Assembly (NCBI GenBank): GCA_046758305.1
Contig: JBHHZW010000002.1
Coordinates: forward strand, 1-34,489
Direction of reading: 5' to 3'
Source: Bacteroidota bacterium
GTDB lineage: Bacteria > Bacteroidota > Ignavibacteria > UBA10030 > JAZGDE01
Length of the DNA: 34,489 bases
In this document: one piece after another, positions 1-9,281 of the stretch
Numbering within the stretch: position 1 is the first letter of the stretch
Layout of the letters: every line of letters begins with the position of its first letter
Translations under genes and position numbers: made by a program
Notes under the pieces: model-generated
Told to the model about the DNA's origin: nothing
What the model saw: the letters and a program-made list of their open reading frames with translations, nothing else
The model's database searches: none

Positions 1-52
1 ATCCTGAGCGTTGGCCTCTGAGCCGACACCAGAACGGGATCGTCGAAACGAA

Positions 53-87
53 ATGGGTCCTTGGTATCCTAAGGACCCATTTTTTTG
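53..87 (+). terminator. Rho-independent terminator of an upstream plus-strand gene that ends off-window or at the window edge
   Basis: ATGGGTCCTT (53-62) pairs perfectly with AAGGACCCAT (71-80) across an 8-nt loop. T7 follows at 81-87. Confidence 0.7.
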
Positions 88-443
88 CTTATCGAATCAA
101 TCGCAGTTCTCCCTCCCGGAGAAGTCCGAACTGACACCCGATACTTTCCACCTGGAGCAGTTTGTCCTGTTCCCCAACGTTCGATGAAGTCGCTCCTGCG
201 TCGCGTTCGAACCTCGCGCGGCGGGAGTTGACCTTCCATCCAAGTGCATTTACCTGGAGATTCGAGGGGGTAAGAATCATACCCAGCAGTGCCGAACAGC
301 TCGTGTTGAACTTGTGTGTTTTTTCCTTGAATCCGAGAACTTTATATCGTATCTTAAGGTACCGCAGTTCATCTGCCCCGTAGGCTCTGTTTGTCTTTGA
401 CAATCTCTAGGTCATATCCCAATTGATCGGAAGGAGGTAGGAG

Positions 444-1895
444 ATGTCGTGCTCTGCGTTTCAACGAGGATCTCGCTTCGCCCTCGTCGTCGGGCTTGCC
501 GTCAGCATATCAACGTTCGCCTCTGCGCAATCTGCAGACAAGTTCTTCCCCTATCCTGTTCAGAAAGAGATGCTGCCGAACGGACTCGATGTCATCATCA
601 TCGAGATGCCGGAGTTTAAGGACGTGTTGAGCTACAACATGCTGGTGCTCGCCGGCGCCCGGAATGAGGTAGAGCGCGGAAAAACTGGACTCGCGCATCT
701 GTTCGAACACATCCTGTTCCGTCACAAGTATCAGGGCGAGGTGAACGGTTACCGCGAGGCGATCAATAAACTCGGCGCATTCAACAATGCCTGGACGTGG
801 TTCGACGTTACCTTCTACCATCCACTTACTTTCACCTTCAATCTGGAATCGAAAACGATCCCGAGTGCGACCGGGATGCAACCCCTGCCCGGAATTCTCG
901 ACCTGGAATCGGACCGTTTCGTCTCGCTCGCCTTCGATGAGAAAATCTTCAAGACTGAAACTGGCGCCGTCCTAGGCGAATACCGCCGCATTGCGACGAA
1001 CCCGGGACTGAAGATGGGCGAAAAAATGCTTGAGCTCGCCTTCCCTGCTCACTCCTACGGTCACACCACGATCGGCTACTACCAGGACATTCTTGACATG
1101 CCGAACCACTATGATGCAGCAGTGAAATTCTACCAAACCTATTACCGACCGAACAATTGTGTGTTGATCATCGCGGGAGACGTGAACAGCAAAGAATTGT
1201 TCCCAAGGATCCGACAGTACTATGGCAGCTGGCAAAGTCGCCCGGTACCCGATGTCACGATCGAAGACCCACCCCAGGCGGAGGAACGGCGCGGACACGT
1301 CTCCTGGGAATCCGATGTCCCACCCCGAGTATCCGTTGCATACAAACTGCCCAGTTACCGGACAGGCAACATGCAGACAGCAGTTGGCCAGCTACTTCCC
1401 GAGCTTCTCGTGTCTGAGTCTGCTCCGCTCTTCAGGAAACTTCGCTACGACAAGAAGACCGCCAGCGAGTTCTACTTTGATGGCGGTAAGGCGACGTACG
1501 AAGGGTTTGACCCACGCCTCGTGGTGGCAACCGCCCGGCTCTACAAAGAACAATATGCCGAGCGAGGCGAAGAATACCTGGAAGAAGTGATCAACGATAT
1601 GGTGGATGGGTTCGATGAGCTGAAAGCCTTTTCTTCAATGCCCGATGCAGATCAAATCCTCGAGACCGTGAAGAGTAAGTACAAGTACGATTTCCTCGCG
1701 TCACTGAACAGTTCAGGCAACGTCGCTCAAACATTCGCCTGGTACTACCGATTCGAGCGCGATCCGAACGTGTTTGACAAACTGGTCGCGTCGGTTGAGA
1801 AACTTCAGCCGACTGACATTGATACGTTCGCACGGAGATTCTTTGTGTCGGACAACCGCATCATCGTGACAATGTCACATGATGCACAAGAGTAA
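444..1895 (+). CDS. Exported M16 (pitrilysin/insulinase) family zinc peptidase, catalytic-type subunit
   Basis: 483-aa ORF with AGGAGG 8 nt upstream of the ATG. N-terminal signal-like segment (FALVVGLAVSISTFASAQ). Inverted zincin motif HxxEH is present (GLAHLFEHILF). Confidence 0.85.
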   Translation: MSCSAFQRGSRFALVVGLAVSISTFASAQSADKFFPYPVQKEMLPNGLDVIIIEMPEFKDVLSYNMLVLAGARNEVERGKTGLAHLFEHILFRHKYQGEVNGYREAINKLGAFNNAWTWFDVTFYHPLTFTFNLESKTIPSATGMQPLPGILDLESDRFVSLAFDEKIFKTETGAVLGEYRRIATNPGLKMGEKMLELAFPAHSYGHTTIGYYQDILDMPNHYDAAVKFYQTYYRPNNCVLIIAGDVNSKELFPRIRQYYGSWQSRPVPDVTIEDPPQAEERRGHVSWESDVPPRVSVAYKLPSYRTGNMQTAVGQLLPELLVSESAPLFRKLRYDKKTASEFYFDGGKATYEGFDPRLVVATARLYKEQYAERGEEYLEEVINDMVDGFDELKAFSSMPDADQILETVKSKYKYDFLASLNSSGNVAQTFAWYYRFERDPNVFDKLVASVEKLQPTDIDTFARRFFVSDNRIIVTMSHDAQE

Positions 1896-1986
1896 CGACT
1901 CAACCAGTTGAGTAGTCAAACGCCGAATTCCGAACTCTCTCCCGATGACGAACTCATCGGGATGGATTCCCAACAGGAGCATACTA

Positions 1987-3615
1987 ATGAAACCAGTTAC
2001 TCGAATCCTTCTCGTTTCGCTCGTCTGTGCCCTTACAGCTTTTTACTCCAGCCTGAGCACTGCGCAGGTATCGAGAGTCAAAACCATAGCACTCGATACG
2101 CCTGCTGAACTCGTGCAGATCAACATCATGGTGAAAGGCGGGTCGGCTCTTGACCCAGTCGGTCTTGAAGGACTTTCCTACCTCACGGCACGGTTAATGC
2201 TTGAAGGGAGCTACGGTGACCCGAAGGCTCCGGTGACAAAAGAGCAGCTGGCGGAAATCGTCCGACCGTGGGGATCTGCCGCCAAACCGTCTGTCCGCAT
2301 AGAAATGGAGACCGCAACATTCTCGATGAGCGTCCCGCGCGACATTTTTTCTCAATACATCGAAAATGTCTTCCAGCCGCTGTTCACTCAGCCTCTGTTC
2401 GCGCAGGATGAATTGGACAGAGTGCGTCAGGAGATTGTCGAGGACATTGGGTCTACGCTCCGGCTGGAAAACACAGAGCTGCTGGGACTCTATGCCCTCG
2501 ATAACTTCATCCACGAAGGGACCTCGTACGGACATGTGGCGTTAGGAACGGTGCAGGGTTTAAAAGCGGTGAAGCGGAAGGACGTACTTGTGTTCTACAA
2601 CACCTACTACGTTCCAGAGAACCTCGTCGTCGCCTTGAGCACGAAGGACGACCGCGTTCTTGCGTTGGTCCAACAGGCTCTGGAAAACCTCGGGAACAAC
2701 ACCAAGGCGAGCATGCTCACGAAGCAAATCCCTGACCCCCCCTGGCCAATCAATGGGAAATATTTGACCATCGTGATACAGCCGGGCACTATCGCCTCGG
2801 GCATCCATGCGGGATTTCCAATACGCCTAACGCGATCGGATCCTGACTACTGGGCGCTTTACGTTGCGAACGTGTTCTTCGGAACACACCGCGACGCCTT
2901 CGGTAAGCTGTATGGTGACATCCGGCAGGCACGCGGCTACAATTACGGAGATTATTCGTACATTGAGTGGTTTGATTTCAGACCGTGGTATCTGTTTCCC
3001 CCACCCAACACGCCGCGACGATACCAGTACTTCAGCCTCTGGGTTCGACCCGTCGCTCATCAGTACGTCCACCACATTCTTAAGGCAATAACCTGGGAAT
3101 TGGAAAACTTCATCCGTGCAGGAATGACGCCGGAAGAATGTCGATTGGCAAAAAACAAAGCGAAGGTTCTCTACCTGAATCTCGCAGAAACCGGGTCACG
3201 ATTGCTCGCGTACAAACTCGATGATGAATTCTACGGCATGTCTACGCACGGATATCTCAATCAGTACGTGCAGGCAATCGACCGACTGACGCCAGATGAG
3301 ATAAACTCAGCGATCAGGAAGTATCTTCAGGTCGAGAATATGAAGTACGTCATCGTCACGAACGAGGAGTGGGCAGACCGTTTGAAGGAGGACATCGCTA
3401 AGAACCGGAATGCGCGCGGAAAGGATTTCAATGAGTACAATATCGATTTCACGACTGCGAACGGCGACACCCTATGGCAGTTCCCGAAGAGCAAAATCGA
3501 GGTGGTTAAGATGGACAAAGTGTGGGAAGCTTACTGGCTTGACATACCGGCGGAAAACATTCAGGTGGCACGTTCGAGTCAGCTGTTTGAGAATCGAAAC
3601 TTCATCGCCAAATAG
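1987..3615 (+). CDS. Exported M16 family peptidase-like protein, non-catalytic-type partner (HxxEH absent)
   Basis: ORF 1945..3615. I prefer the ATG at 1987 (MKPVTRILLVSLVCALTAFYSSLSTAQ is a classic signal peptide). The equivalent motif position reads GLSYLTARLMLEG, so the zinc ligands are lost. M16-like length and layout, directly downstream of the catalytic paralog. Confidence 0.8.
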   Translation: MKPVTRILLVSLVCALTAFYSSLSTAQVSRVKTIALDTPAELVQINIMVKGGSALDPVGLEGLSYLTARLMLEGSYGDPKAPVTKEQLAEIVRPWGSAAKPSVRIEMETATFSMSVPRDIFSQYIENVFQPLFTQPLFAQDELDRVRQEIVEDIGSTLRLENTELLGLYALDNFIHEGTSYGHVALGTVQGLKAVKRKDVLVFYNTYYVPENLVVALSTKDDRVLALVQQALENLGNNTKASMLTKQIPDPPWPINGKYLTIVIQPGTIASGIHAGFPIRLTRSDPDYWALYVANVFFGTHRDAFGKLYGDIRQARGYNYGDYSYIEWFDFRPWYLFPPPNTPRRYQYFSLWVRPVAHQYVHHILKAITWELENFIRAGMTPEECRLAKNKAKVLYLNLAETGSRLLAYKLDDEFYGMSTHGYLNQYVQAIDRLTPDEINSAIRKYLQVENMKYVIVTNEEWADRLKEDIAKNRNARGKDFNEYNIDFTTANGDTLWQFPKSKIEVVKMDKVWEAYWLDIPAENIQVARSSQLFENRNFIAK

Positions 3616-3795
3616 CTGGTCTTTGTTTGGGTTCCCTGTGTACTTTCCTCCTACATCGTGGGGGGTACCGAAGGCGGGCAAGTGTGGTTCATTGTTCTCC
3701 CTGTCGTGTCGACCGAGTGCCGCGGTCCTAGATCCCGCTTATTGTAGACGTGATTAAGGACAGAGAATACAGAGAGCACGAAGGGCAGTGATGGC

Positions 3796-4710
3796 TTACT
3801 TCAAAATATCCTCTAGTGCACCCTCCAATCTTGGAAACCGAAACTGATAGCCTAGCTGGATCATTTTTTCAGGCAGCACACGCTGACCGCTGAGCAACAG
3901 CGATTGTGCCATCTCACCGAGAACAACCTTCAAGAAGAACGCCGGCACCGGAGCCCAGCAGGGTCGGCGCAGCACACGCGCCAGCGTCTTGCTGAATTCG
4001 CGGTTTGTGAGCGGCTCTGGTGCCGTACCGTTGACGGCTCCCACCACTTCCGGGTGAGTCAGTGCGTACATTATGATCCCTGCCTCATCGTCACGGTGAA
4101 TCCAGGACATCCATTGCCTCCCAGATCCGATTGGTCCGCCGACAAAGAGTTTGAATGGAATAAGCATTCGCTGGAGGGCTCCTCCATCTTCTCCCAGGAC
4201 TATCCCCGTCCGGACCCGCACAACACGCACCCCGTATTCCTCCGCTTGCCTTGCCTCTAACTCCCATTTCTGGCCCGTCGTGCTGAGGAAATCTGAGCCC
4301 GGCGGGTGATCCTCAGACACAACCACATCGCCCGTGTTGCCATAGTAGCCAACTGCCGACTGATTGACGAGCACGCTTGGTTTCTGTGTGCATTGGGCAA
4401 TGGCATTCACGAGCGCGCGCGTTGCCTCCACACGGCTCGAGAGAATGCGTTCCTTTTGCCTCGGTGTCCACCGTCGTGCCGCAATCGATTCCCCCGACAA
4501 GTTTACGACTGCATCCAAGCCCTCCACACTCGAGCGCAATCCTGTTAAACTCTTCGCGTCCCACTCCACTACAGCTGACTTTTGACCGAGGACCTGTCTC
4601 GCCTTCGATTCGCTCCGCGATAGTACCGTGACGGCATGGCCTTGGTCAATCAATGCGTTGTAGAGCCGCTTGCCGATGAAACCCGTTCCGCCTGCGAGGA
4701 GGATTTTCAT
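3796..4710 (-). CDS. YfcH-like epimerase family protein (SDR fold with a C-terminal DUF1731-type extension)
   Basis: MKILLAGGTGFIGKRL Rossmann motif at the internal ATG (4710). The ORF-track start at 4737 adds 9 unlikely residues. The C-terminus LSGQRVLPEKMIQLGYQFRFPRLEGALEDIL resembles the YfcH family tail. Confidence 0.8.
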   Translation of the reverse strand: MKILLAGGTGFIGKRLYNALIDQGHAVTVLSRSESKARQVLGQKSAVVEWDAKSLTGLRSSVEGLDAVVNLSGESIAARRWTPRQKERILSSRVEATRALVNAIAQCTQKPSVLVNQSAVGYYGNTGDVVVSEDHPPGSDFLSTTGQKWELEARQAEEYGVRVVRVRTGIVLGEDGGALQRMLIPFKLFVGGPIGSGRQWMSWIHRDDEAGIIMYALTHPEVVGAVNGTAPEPLTNREFSKTLARVLRRPCWAPVPAFFLKVVLGEMAQSLLLSGQRVLPEKMIQLGYQFRFPRLEGALEDILK

Positions 4711-4912
4711 ATGACATGCTTTCTTGTAATGGAACAAATAGTGGTCTCTGTGTTCCCCGCCTGCCCATCCGCCAGATATCGCGTGGGGCGTAGGCCTGTG
4801 GTTTGTTTTTCTTGCATGTTAGACCGAGGTGGATACCGAGCAGTTGAAATTCATACGGAAAGAGAAACACTTCATACGAATAAACTGAATTCCTCGATCT
4901 TTTTCCACTGAC

Positions 4913-7315
4913 CTATGATTGCACCATTCTCCCGCCCAGGCTGCCGAATGATGCCAGTGCGAGCACGTAGGAAAGGCCTGCGACCACCAGAACGCCTACA
5001 AAGCCCTGGTTGATGGCGATGAAGGTCGCGAGAATCACACTCGCGACAGAGGCACAGCCGTTGATTCCCCAGGCCCATGGTACCAGCGCAGGGTTCGCTC
5101 TAGAAAGCCTTTCGAGTCCCAGCGGAAACAACAAGCCCATGAGATACGCAGGCGGTGAAAGCAGCAGGATGGCAGTAGTGAACCGAAGGAGAATCGGCAG
5201 TTTTGAAAAGAACTTCAGAATGACCGGTGAACCGAAGAGATACAGAGTTGTAAAACCCACGACACTGATCACTGCAATCGTCAGAATTGCTGGAAACCGT
5301 GATGCAAGTCGGTGAGAAAAATAACTCCCGAGGCCTGAGAACACTAACATCCCTGCAACAACCACCGCAACAGCATAGATTGGATGACCCACGAGAAGGA
5401 TGAATTTTTGTATCATGACCACTTCGACGAACATGTACCCTACTCCGATCCCTCCGAAGTAGAACAGCGTGGGCCCGATCCTTTTGTTGACGGTCCCGCT
5501 ACCTCGCAGGAAAAACAGCGGAACGAGGATAAGTAAGAGGCTAAGAATAACCAGCTGGACCAGCGTGGCAACGAGAATCACATATCCCCACTCAAAAAAA
5601 GGCAGCCCTGATGTACCGTAGATCTCTCTCAAGTACGGAAGACTTTTCCATTTGAAAAAGTGTGAGAAGTAGGGACGATTGTCTCCTGCCGGAGCGATGA
5701 AGAACTGATAGTCACGAAGGAAGTCTTCTCTCGTCTCCGACAGGAGAAGATCTGAAGCATTCTCCAAGATCGACTCTTCGAGCTGATGGAAGCGGTTGAC
5801 CTCCTCAGGCCGAATTCCCGGGACGTACACCAGGTCGAAAAAATTATCTTCGCAGAATCCACGAATTGCCTCGATCTCCTCCTCGTTGAACGGCGATCGT
5901 TTCGCCAACAACGTTACGGTGCCCCAGCTTCGAATCACCGCGACCTGCTGTTCCAAACGATGACTCCGCAGTTCTCGCAAAGCTTCGTGGATCGTTGCAA
6001 GAATCTTCAGTGAACTTCGCGGCGGATAGTTCATCCAGGTGGTTATGCTGAGGATGCCGTCTTCCCGGAGATGATCGATCATCTCGCGGAACGAATCGAC
6101 CGTGAAGAGATAGTTTTCAAAGAGGGCCTGCATTCCAGCTGCAGAAGCGGTGAAACCCTCGAGGATCGGAAGGACAATGAGGTCGAAACGATGCTGCGAA
6201 CCTGCAAGAAACGTGCGCGCTTCTTCGACCCGGAGAAGAACGTTCTTTCTCTCGTAGAGGAAATCTGTCCGATCGGGAGCGACAGCCCTGAGCAACTCGA
6301 CAAGCTGACTGTTCATCTCCACGGCGGTAACGGAGCGAGCACTATGGCCCAACGCAAGATAGACGTCGCTTCCCGTGCCGGCCCCGAGAACGAGCACCTG
6401 CGGTTCAGTTTTTAATCTGTAAGGTAGTGCAGAGGTCGTCCGCTCGAGAAACTGAGCCGCGGAAGTGTCCCGGTGGTCGATGATTGTTCCAACCCATTCC
6501 CCGTCCGCAAACACCCCGAGCTGACTTGGTATGCGGCCGCCGTAGGAGAGACTCAACCCGGGAGCGTAACGGAGGGCGGGACTTTCAAGCGCCGTCACAA
6601 TGCCGAGCGGGCCACGCCGTTCTCCGACAATTTTCGCCTGTGGAAGTAGCAGCGCTTTCGACAGGCTCTTGTATTGCGACATGACGGGAGTTACAGGATG
6701 CCACCAGTCTAATAAGAAAATGAGTCCAAGAAGAGCGATAGAGGCGGTGAGTGCACGCCGCGGCTGGTCCAGGAGAAACACAGCCAGCGCAAAAACACAA
6801 AACGCTGCGGTAATTAGCGGCACAGTTAACGGATGGACGACGTACGCCAACGGAATCGCTCCAACAGCCCCCAGCCCGGATCCAAGGAGGTTGGCAAAAT
6901 AGAGCTTTCCGATCTGTTCCGGTCGCTTCATAAACGTGAGTCCAATGACAAACGCGCCAAACAGAAAGGGGAGGAACAGAACAACATAAAAGTAAAGCAG
7001 ATTCCAGACTTCAGAAAATTTCCAGACGATCCGATAAGGATCAAAACAGACGATGCCCAGAAGTGTCATCGAGAGTATCATGAAGAGCGAGCACAGGATG
7101 AGCGCAAAAGCGACCGCCATCTCAAATCGACGGATGAAGTGCGACCGGAACAGGAAGAGGAGCGTACCGCTTGCCCCAAAGCCGAGCAACGCAACGCTGA
7201 TGATCATGTACGCGAAGTGATACCACTGCAGGTAGGAGAGGACTCTCATGAGAGAGACCTCGAACGCAAGGAGTGCAAAGGAAAGAATACCGAGGGTCCA
7301 GGCTGGTCGGTCCAT
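4913..7315 (-). CDS. Polytopic membrane protein with a central spermidine-synthase-like (class I SAM-dependent transferase fold) domain
   Basis: About 800 aa with many hydrophobic helices at both ends. The central soluble part has VLVLGAGTGSDVYLALGHSARSVTAVEMNSQLVELLR and FDLIVLP, like SpeE or methyltransferase motifs I and post-I. The ATG at 7315-7313 overlaps the pcm stop by 1 nt (TGATG). The ORF-track start at 7318 is a GTG one codon upstream. Confidence 0.7.
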   Translation of the reverse strand: MDRPAWTLGILSFALLAFEVSLMRVLSYLQWYHFAYMIISVALLGFGASGTLLFLFRSHFIRRFEMAVAFALILCSLFMILSMTLLGIVCFDPYRIVWKFSEVWNLLYFYVVLFLPFLFGAFVIGLTFMKRPEQIGKLYFANLLGSGLGAVGAIPLAYVVHPLTVPLITAAFCVFALAVFLLDQPRRALTASIALLGLIFLLDWWHPVTPVMSQYKSLSKALLLPQAKIVGERRGPLGIVTALESPALRYAPGLSLSYGGRIPSQLGVFADGEWVGTIIDHRDTSAAQFLERTTSALPYRLKTEPQVLVLGAGTGSDVYLALGHSARSVTAVEMNSQLVELLRAVAPDRTDFLYERKNVLLRVEEARTFLAGSQHRFDLIVLPILEGFTASAAGMQALFENYLFTVDSFREMIDHLREDGILSITTWMNYPPRSSLKILATIHEALRELRSHRLEQQVAVIRSWGTVTLLAKRSPFNEEEIEAIRGFCEDNFFDLVYVPGIRPEEVNRFHQLEESILENASDLLLSETREDFLRDYQFFIAPAGDNRPYFSHFFKWKSLPYLREIYGTSGLPFFEWGYVILVATLVQLVILSLLLILVPLFFLRGSGTVNKRIGPTLFYFGGIGVGYMFVEVVMIQKFILLVGHPIYAVAVVVAGMLVFSGLGSYFSHRLASRFPAILTIAVISVVGFTTLYLFGSPVILKFFSKLPILLRFTTAILLLSPPAYLMGLLFPLGLERLSRANPALVPWAWGINGCASVASVILATFIAINQGFVGVLVVAGLSYVLALASFGSLGGRMVQS

Positions 7316-8076
7316 CACTGTCTGCGCTGAAGAGGGACGAATCGTACCGGCAGCAGGCTGCGAGAGGTTATTTTGCCGTTCTGCTTCTCGACCAGCATCA
7401 GTGTTTGAACAAGGAATGGATGTCCGACAGGAATGACCATTCTACCGCCGTCTTTCAGCTGCTCGATGAGTGGCGGAGGAATGTGTTCGGCTGCTGCCGT
7501 GACGACAATCGCGTCGTACGGCGCATGCTCTGTCCAGCCGTAATAACCGTCCGCGATCTTCACCGAGACATTTTCGAAGCCCAAACTTTGCAGTCGCATT
7601 TTGGCTGCCTCGCCAAGCGGCTCGATGATTTCAATCGTGAACACGGAATCGACGATCTCAGCAAGGATGGCCGCTTGGTATCCGGATCCCGTGCCGACCT
7701 CCAAAGCTTTGCTCCGATCTGAAACTTCAACAAGCTCAGTCATGTACGCGACGATGTACGGCTGGGAGATCGTCTGCCCGTATCCGATCGGAACGGGATG
7801 ATCTTCGTATGCCTCATCGATCGAAGAGCGCGGCACAAATTGGTGGCGCGCCACCTCCCGCATCGCGTTGAGCACGTGCTCATCTTTGACCCCACGCAAT
7901 CGGATCTGTCGCTCGACCATCTGATGGCGCAGACGATCGAATTCTGACGCCTGTTGGGATGAAAAGGAATGAACAAACGCAGCAACAGCGGGATCGTAGA
8001 CAGGACTGCTGTGATCTTGGACAACGACGACCGCAAGGATGAAAATGAATATCCAGAGGGGAATAAAAGGTTTCAT
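7315..8076 (-). CDS. pcm: Protein-L-isoaspartate O-methyltransferase with an N-terminal hydrophobic signal or anchor segment
   Basis: Hallmark GQTISQPYIVAYMTELV and ALEVGTGSGYQAAILAEIV motifs. The N-terminus MKPFIPLWIFIFILAVVVVQD is strongly hydrophobic. Confidence 0.9.
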   Translation of the reverse strand: MKPFIPLWIFIFILAVVVVQDHSSPVYDPAVAAFVHSFSSQQASEFDRLRHQMVERQIRLRGVKDEHVLNAMREVARHQFVPRSSIDEAYEDHPVPIGYGQTISQPYIVAYMTELVEVSDRSKALEVGTGSGYQAAILAEIVDSVFTIEIIEPLGEAAKMRLQSLGFENVSVKIADGYYGWTEHAPYDAIVVTAAAEHIPPPLIEQLKDGGRMVIPVGHPFLVQTLMLVEKQNGKITSRSLLPVRFVPLQRRQ

Positions 8077-8100
8077 GATTTTCTGAAAATCGAGTTGAGG

Positions 8101-8272
8101 CTGTAGTAACCGACCCGTCCCGACGACCTACGGTCTCGTACAGAATTCGGGATCCCCTGCTTGTCCGCCAATCTCTTTGGCGGAATCGGTGGATACTAAC
8201 CACGCGAGTCAGTCCGAAGGACCCCTTCGGGGGCGACCCGCTTCTACGCAGGATTGGCTGTTTTCACAGGGG
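8101..8272. other. GC-rich, multiply self-complementary intergenic element (candidate structured RNA; class and strand undetermined)
   Basis: Nested pairings read directly from the sequence. CCCCTG 8154-8159 pairs with CAGGGG 8267-8272. CCGCCAA 8165-8171 pairs with TTGGCGG 8177-8183. GTGG 8089-8092 is not involved; GTGG 8189-8192 pairs with CCAC 8200-8203. GCGAGTC 8204-8210 pairs with GACCCGC 8235-8241 (1 mismatch) and encloses GTCC-GAA-GGAC (8212-8222) and CCC(C)-TTCG-GGG(G) (8222-8233). An imperfect hairpin spans 8101-8143 (CTGTA...TACAG). Confidence 0.3.
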
Positions 8273-8282
8273 AATTAAATAA

Positions 8283-9281
8283 TTATCCGATGTCAAAGAC
8301 CCCGGCGCCTCGGATCTTGCTGTCTTTCAAAAGCCTCAGGGCTCGATTTGCTTCCTTGAGGGGGAACGTCTCCACCTCTGTGCAAACCGGAATTTCGGCC
8401 GCAACTTTGAGGAAATCCATCGCGTCCTGCCGCGTGCTGTTCGCAACGCTGCGGATGGTCCTCTCCTCATAGAGGAGTTTGTACTCAAGTTCGGGAACCG
8501 GCGTCATATAAATACCAGCCAGGGCGAGAGTCCCACCTTTTCGGAGTGCCTGGAGCGCATGGTGCACGAGATGGCCCGCCGGTGCAAACATCACAGCGCT
8601 GTTGACCGGATGCGGCGGGCGATCCTCGGCCCGACCCGTCCACGCTGCCCCAAGCTCCTCTGCGAGCTTCCGGTGCTCGTCGCTTCTCGTGAACACGTAG
8701 ACTTCGCAGCCCCAATGCCGCGCAACCTGAATGGCCAGGTGTGCCGACGCCCCAAAGCCAAACAATCCCAGCCGGTCCCCGGGTCGAATCTCGCACAGTC
8801 GGAGCGCTCGGAATCCGATAATGCCAGCACACAGCAACGGTGCCGCTTCGAAATCGGAAAACTTCTCGGGAATGGCATACACGAACGACTCTGGCGCGAC
8901 AGCATACTGGGCGAATCCGCCATCAACATGGTATCCGGTGAAACGAGCGTTCTCGCAGAGATTCTCCAGTCCGCGCGTGCAGTATCCACACTTGCCGCAT
9001 GTCCAGTGAAGCCAGGGCACCCCAACACGATCGTCAGTCTGAAATCTTGAAGCTTCCGGACCGATTTTCGCCACCTCACCGACAATTTGATGGCCGGGAA
9101 TGACGGGAGATTTTTGCGGAGGGAGTTCACCCTCGACGATGTGGAGGTCCGTGTGGCAGATTCCGCAAGCCTTGATCTTGATCAAAATGTCGCTGTCGCC
9201 GGGGATCGGATCTTCAACCTCTCGGTAGCGCAGTGGTTCATTCTCGATTGGCCCACGACCGTCAAGCCACACTGCTTTCAT
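8283..9281 (-). CDS. Zinc-dependent alcohol dehydrogenase (MDR superfamily)
   Basis: GICHTDLH catalytic-zinc motif and a structural-zinc Cys cluster (CGKCGYCTRGLENLC). I prefer the ATG at 9281 (MKAVWL...), which has AGGTG 6 nt upstream. The ORF-track start at 9290 is a GTG three codons earlier. Confidence 0.9.
   Translation of the reverse strand: MKAVWLDGRGPIENEPLRYREVEDPIPGDSDILIKIKACGICHTDLHIVEGELPPQKSPVIPGHQIVGEVAKIGPEASRFQTDDRVGVPWLHWTCGKCGYCTRGLENLCENARFTGYHVDGGFAQYAVAPESFVYAIPEKFSDFEAAPLLCAGIIGFRALRLCEIRPGDRLGLFGFGASAHLAIQVARHWGCEVYVFTRSDEHRKLAEELGAAWTGRAEDRPPHPVNSAVMFAPAGHLVHHALQALRKGGTLALAGIYMTPVPELEYKLLYEERTIRSVANSTRQDAMDFLKVAAEIPVCTEVETFPLKEANRALRLLKDSKIRGAGVFDIG

Noticed and set aside
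89-443. RNase P RNA or tmRNA in the first spacer
   Set aside because: GGAGAAGTCCGAAC vaguely recalls the RNase P P4 GGAAAGUCCGGGC. No other conserved region (for example ACAGAACCCGGCUUA) and no tRNA-like 3' end with CCA could be found on either strand.
8165-8241. Possible ZTP (pfl) riboswitch or SRP RNA identity for the structured element
   Set aside because: TGGCGGAATCGGTGG...CCACGCGAG resembles part of the pfl core, and GUCAGUCCGAAGGA resembles SRP helix 8. However, the pseudoknot partner and 3' CCGCCUGGGC-type domain are in the wrong topology, and the SRP AGCAGC side is absent. No class assignment is justified.
8591-9130. 179-aa minus-strand ORF and several other ORFs (8485..8832, 8559..9050, 8731..9009) inside adh
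   Set aside because: They are alternative frames of the alcohol dehydrogenase gene. Only the 8283..9281 frame carries the zinc-ADH motifs.
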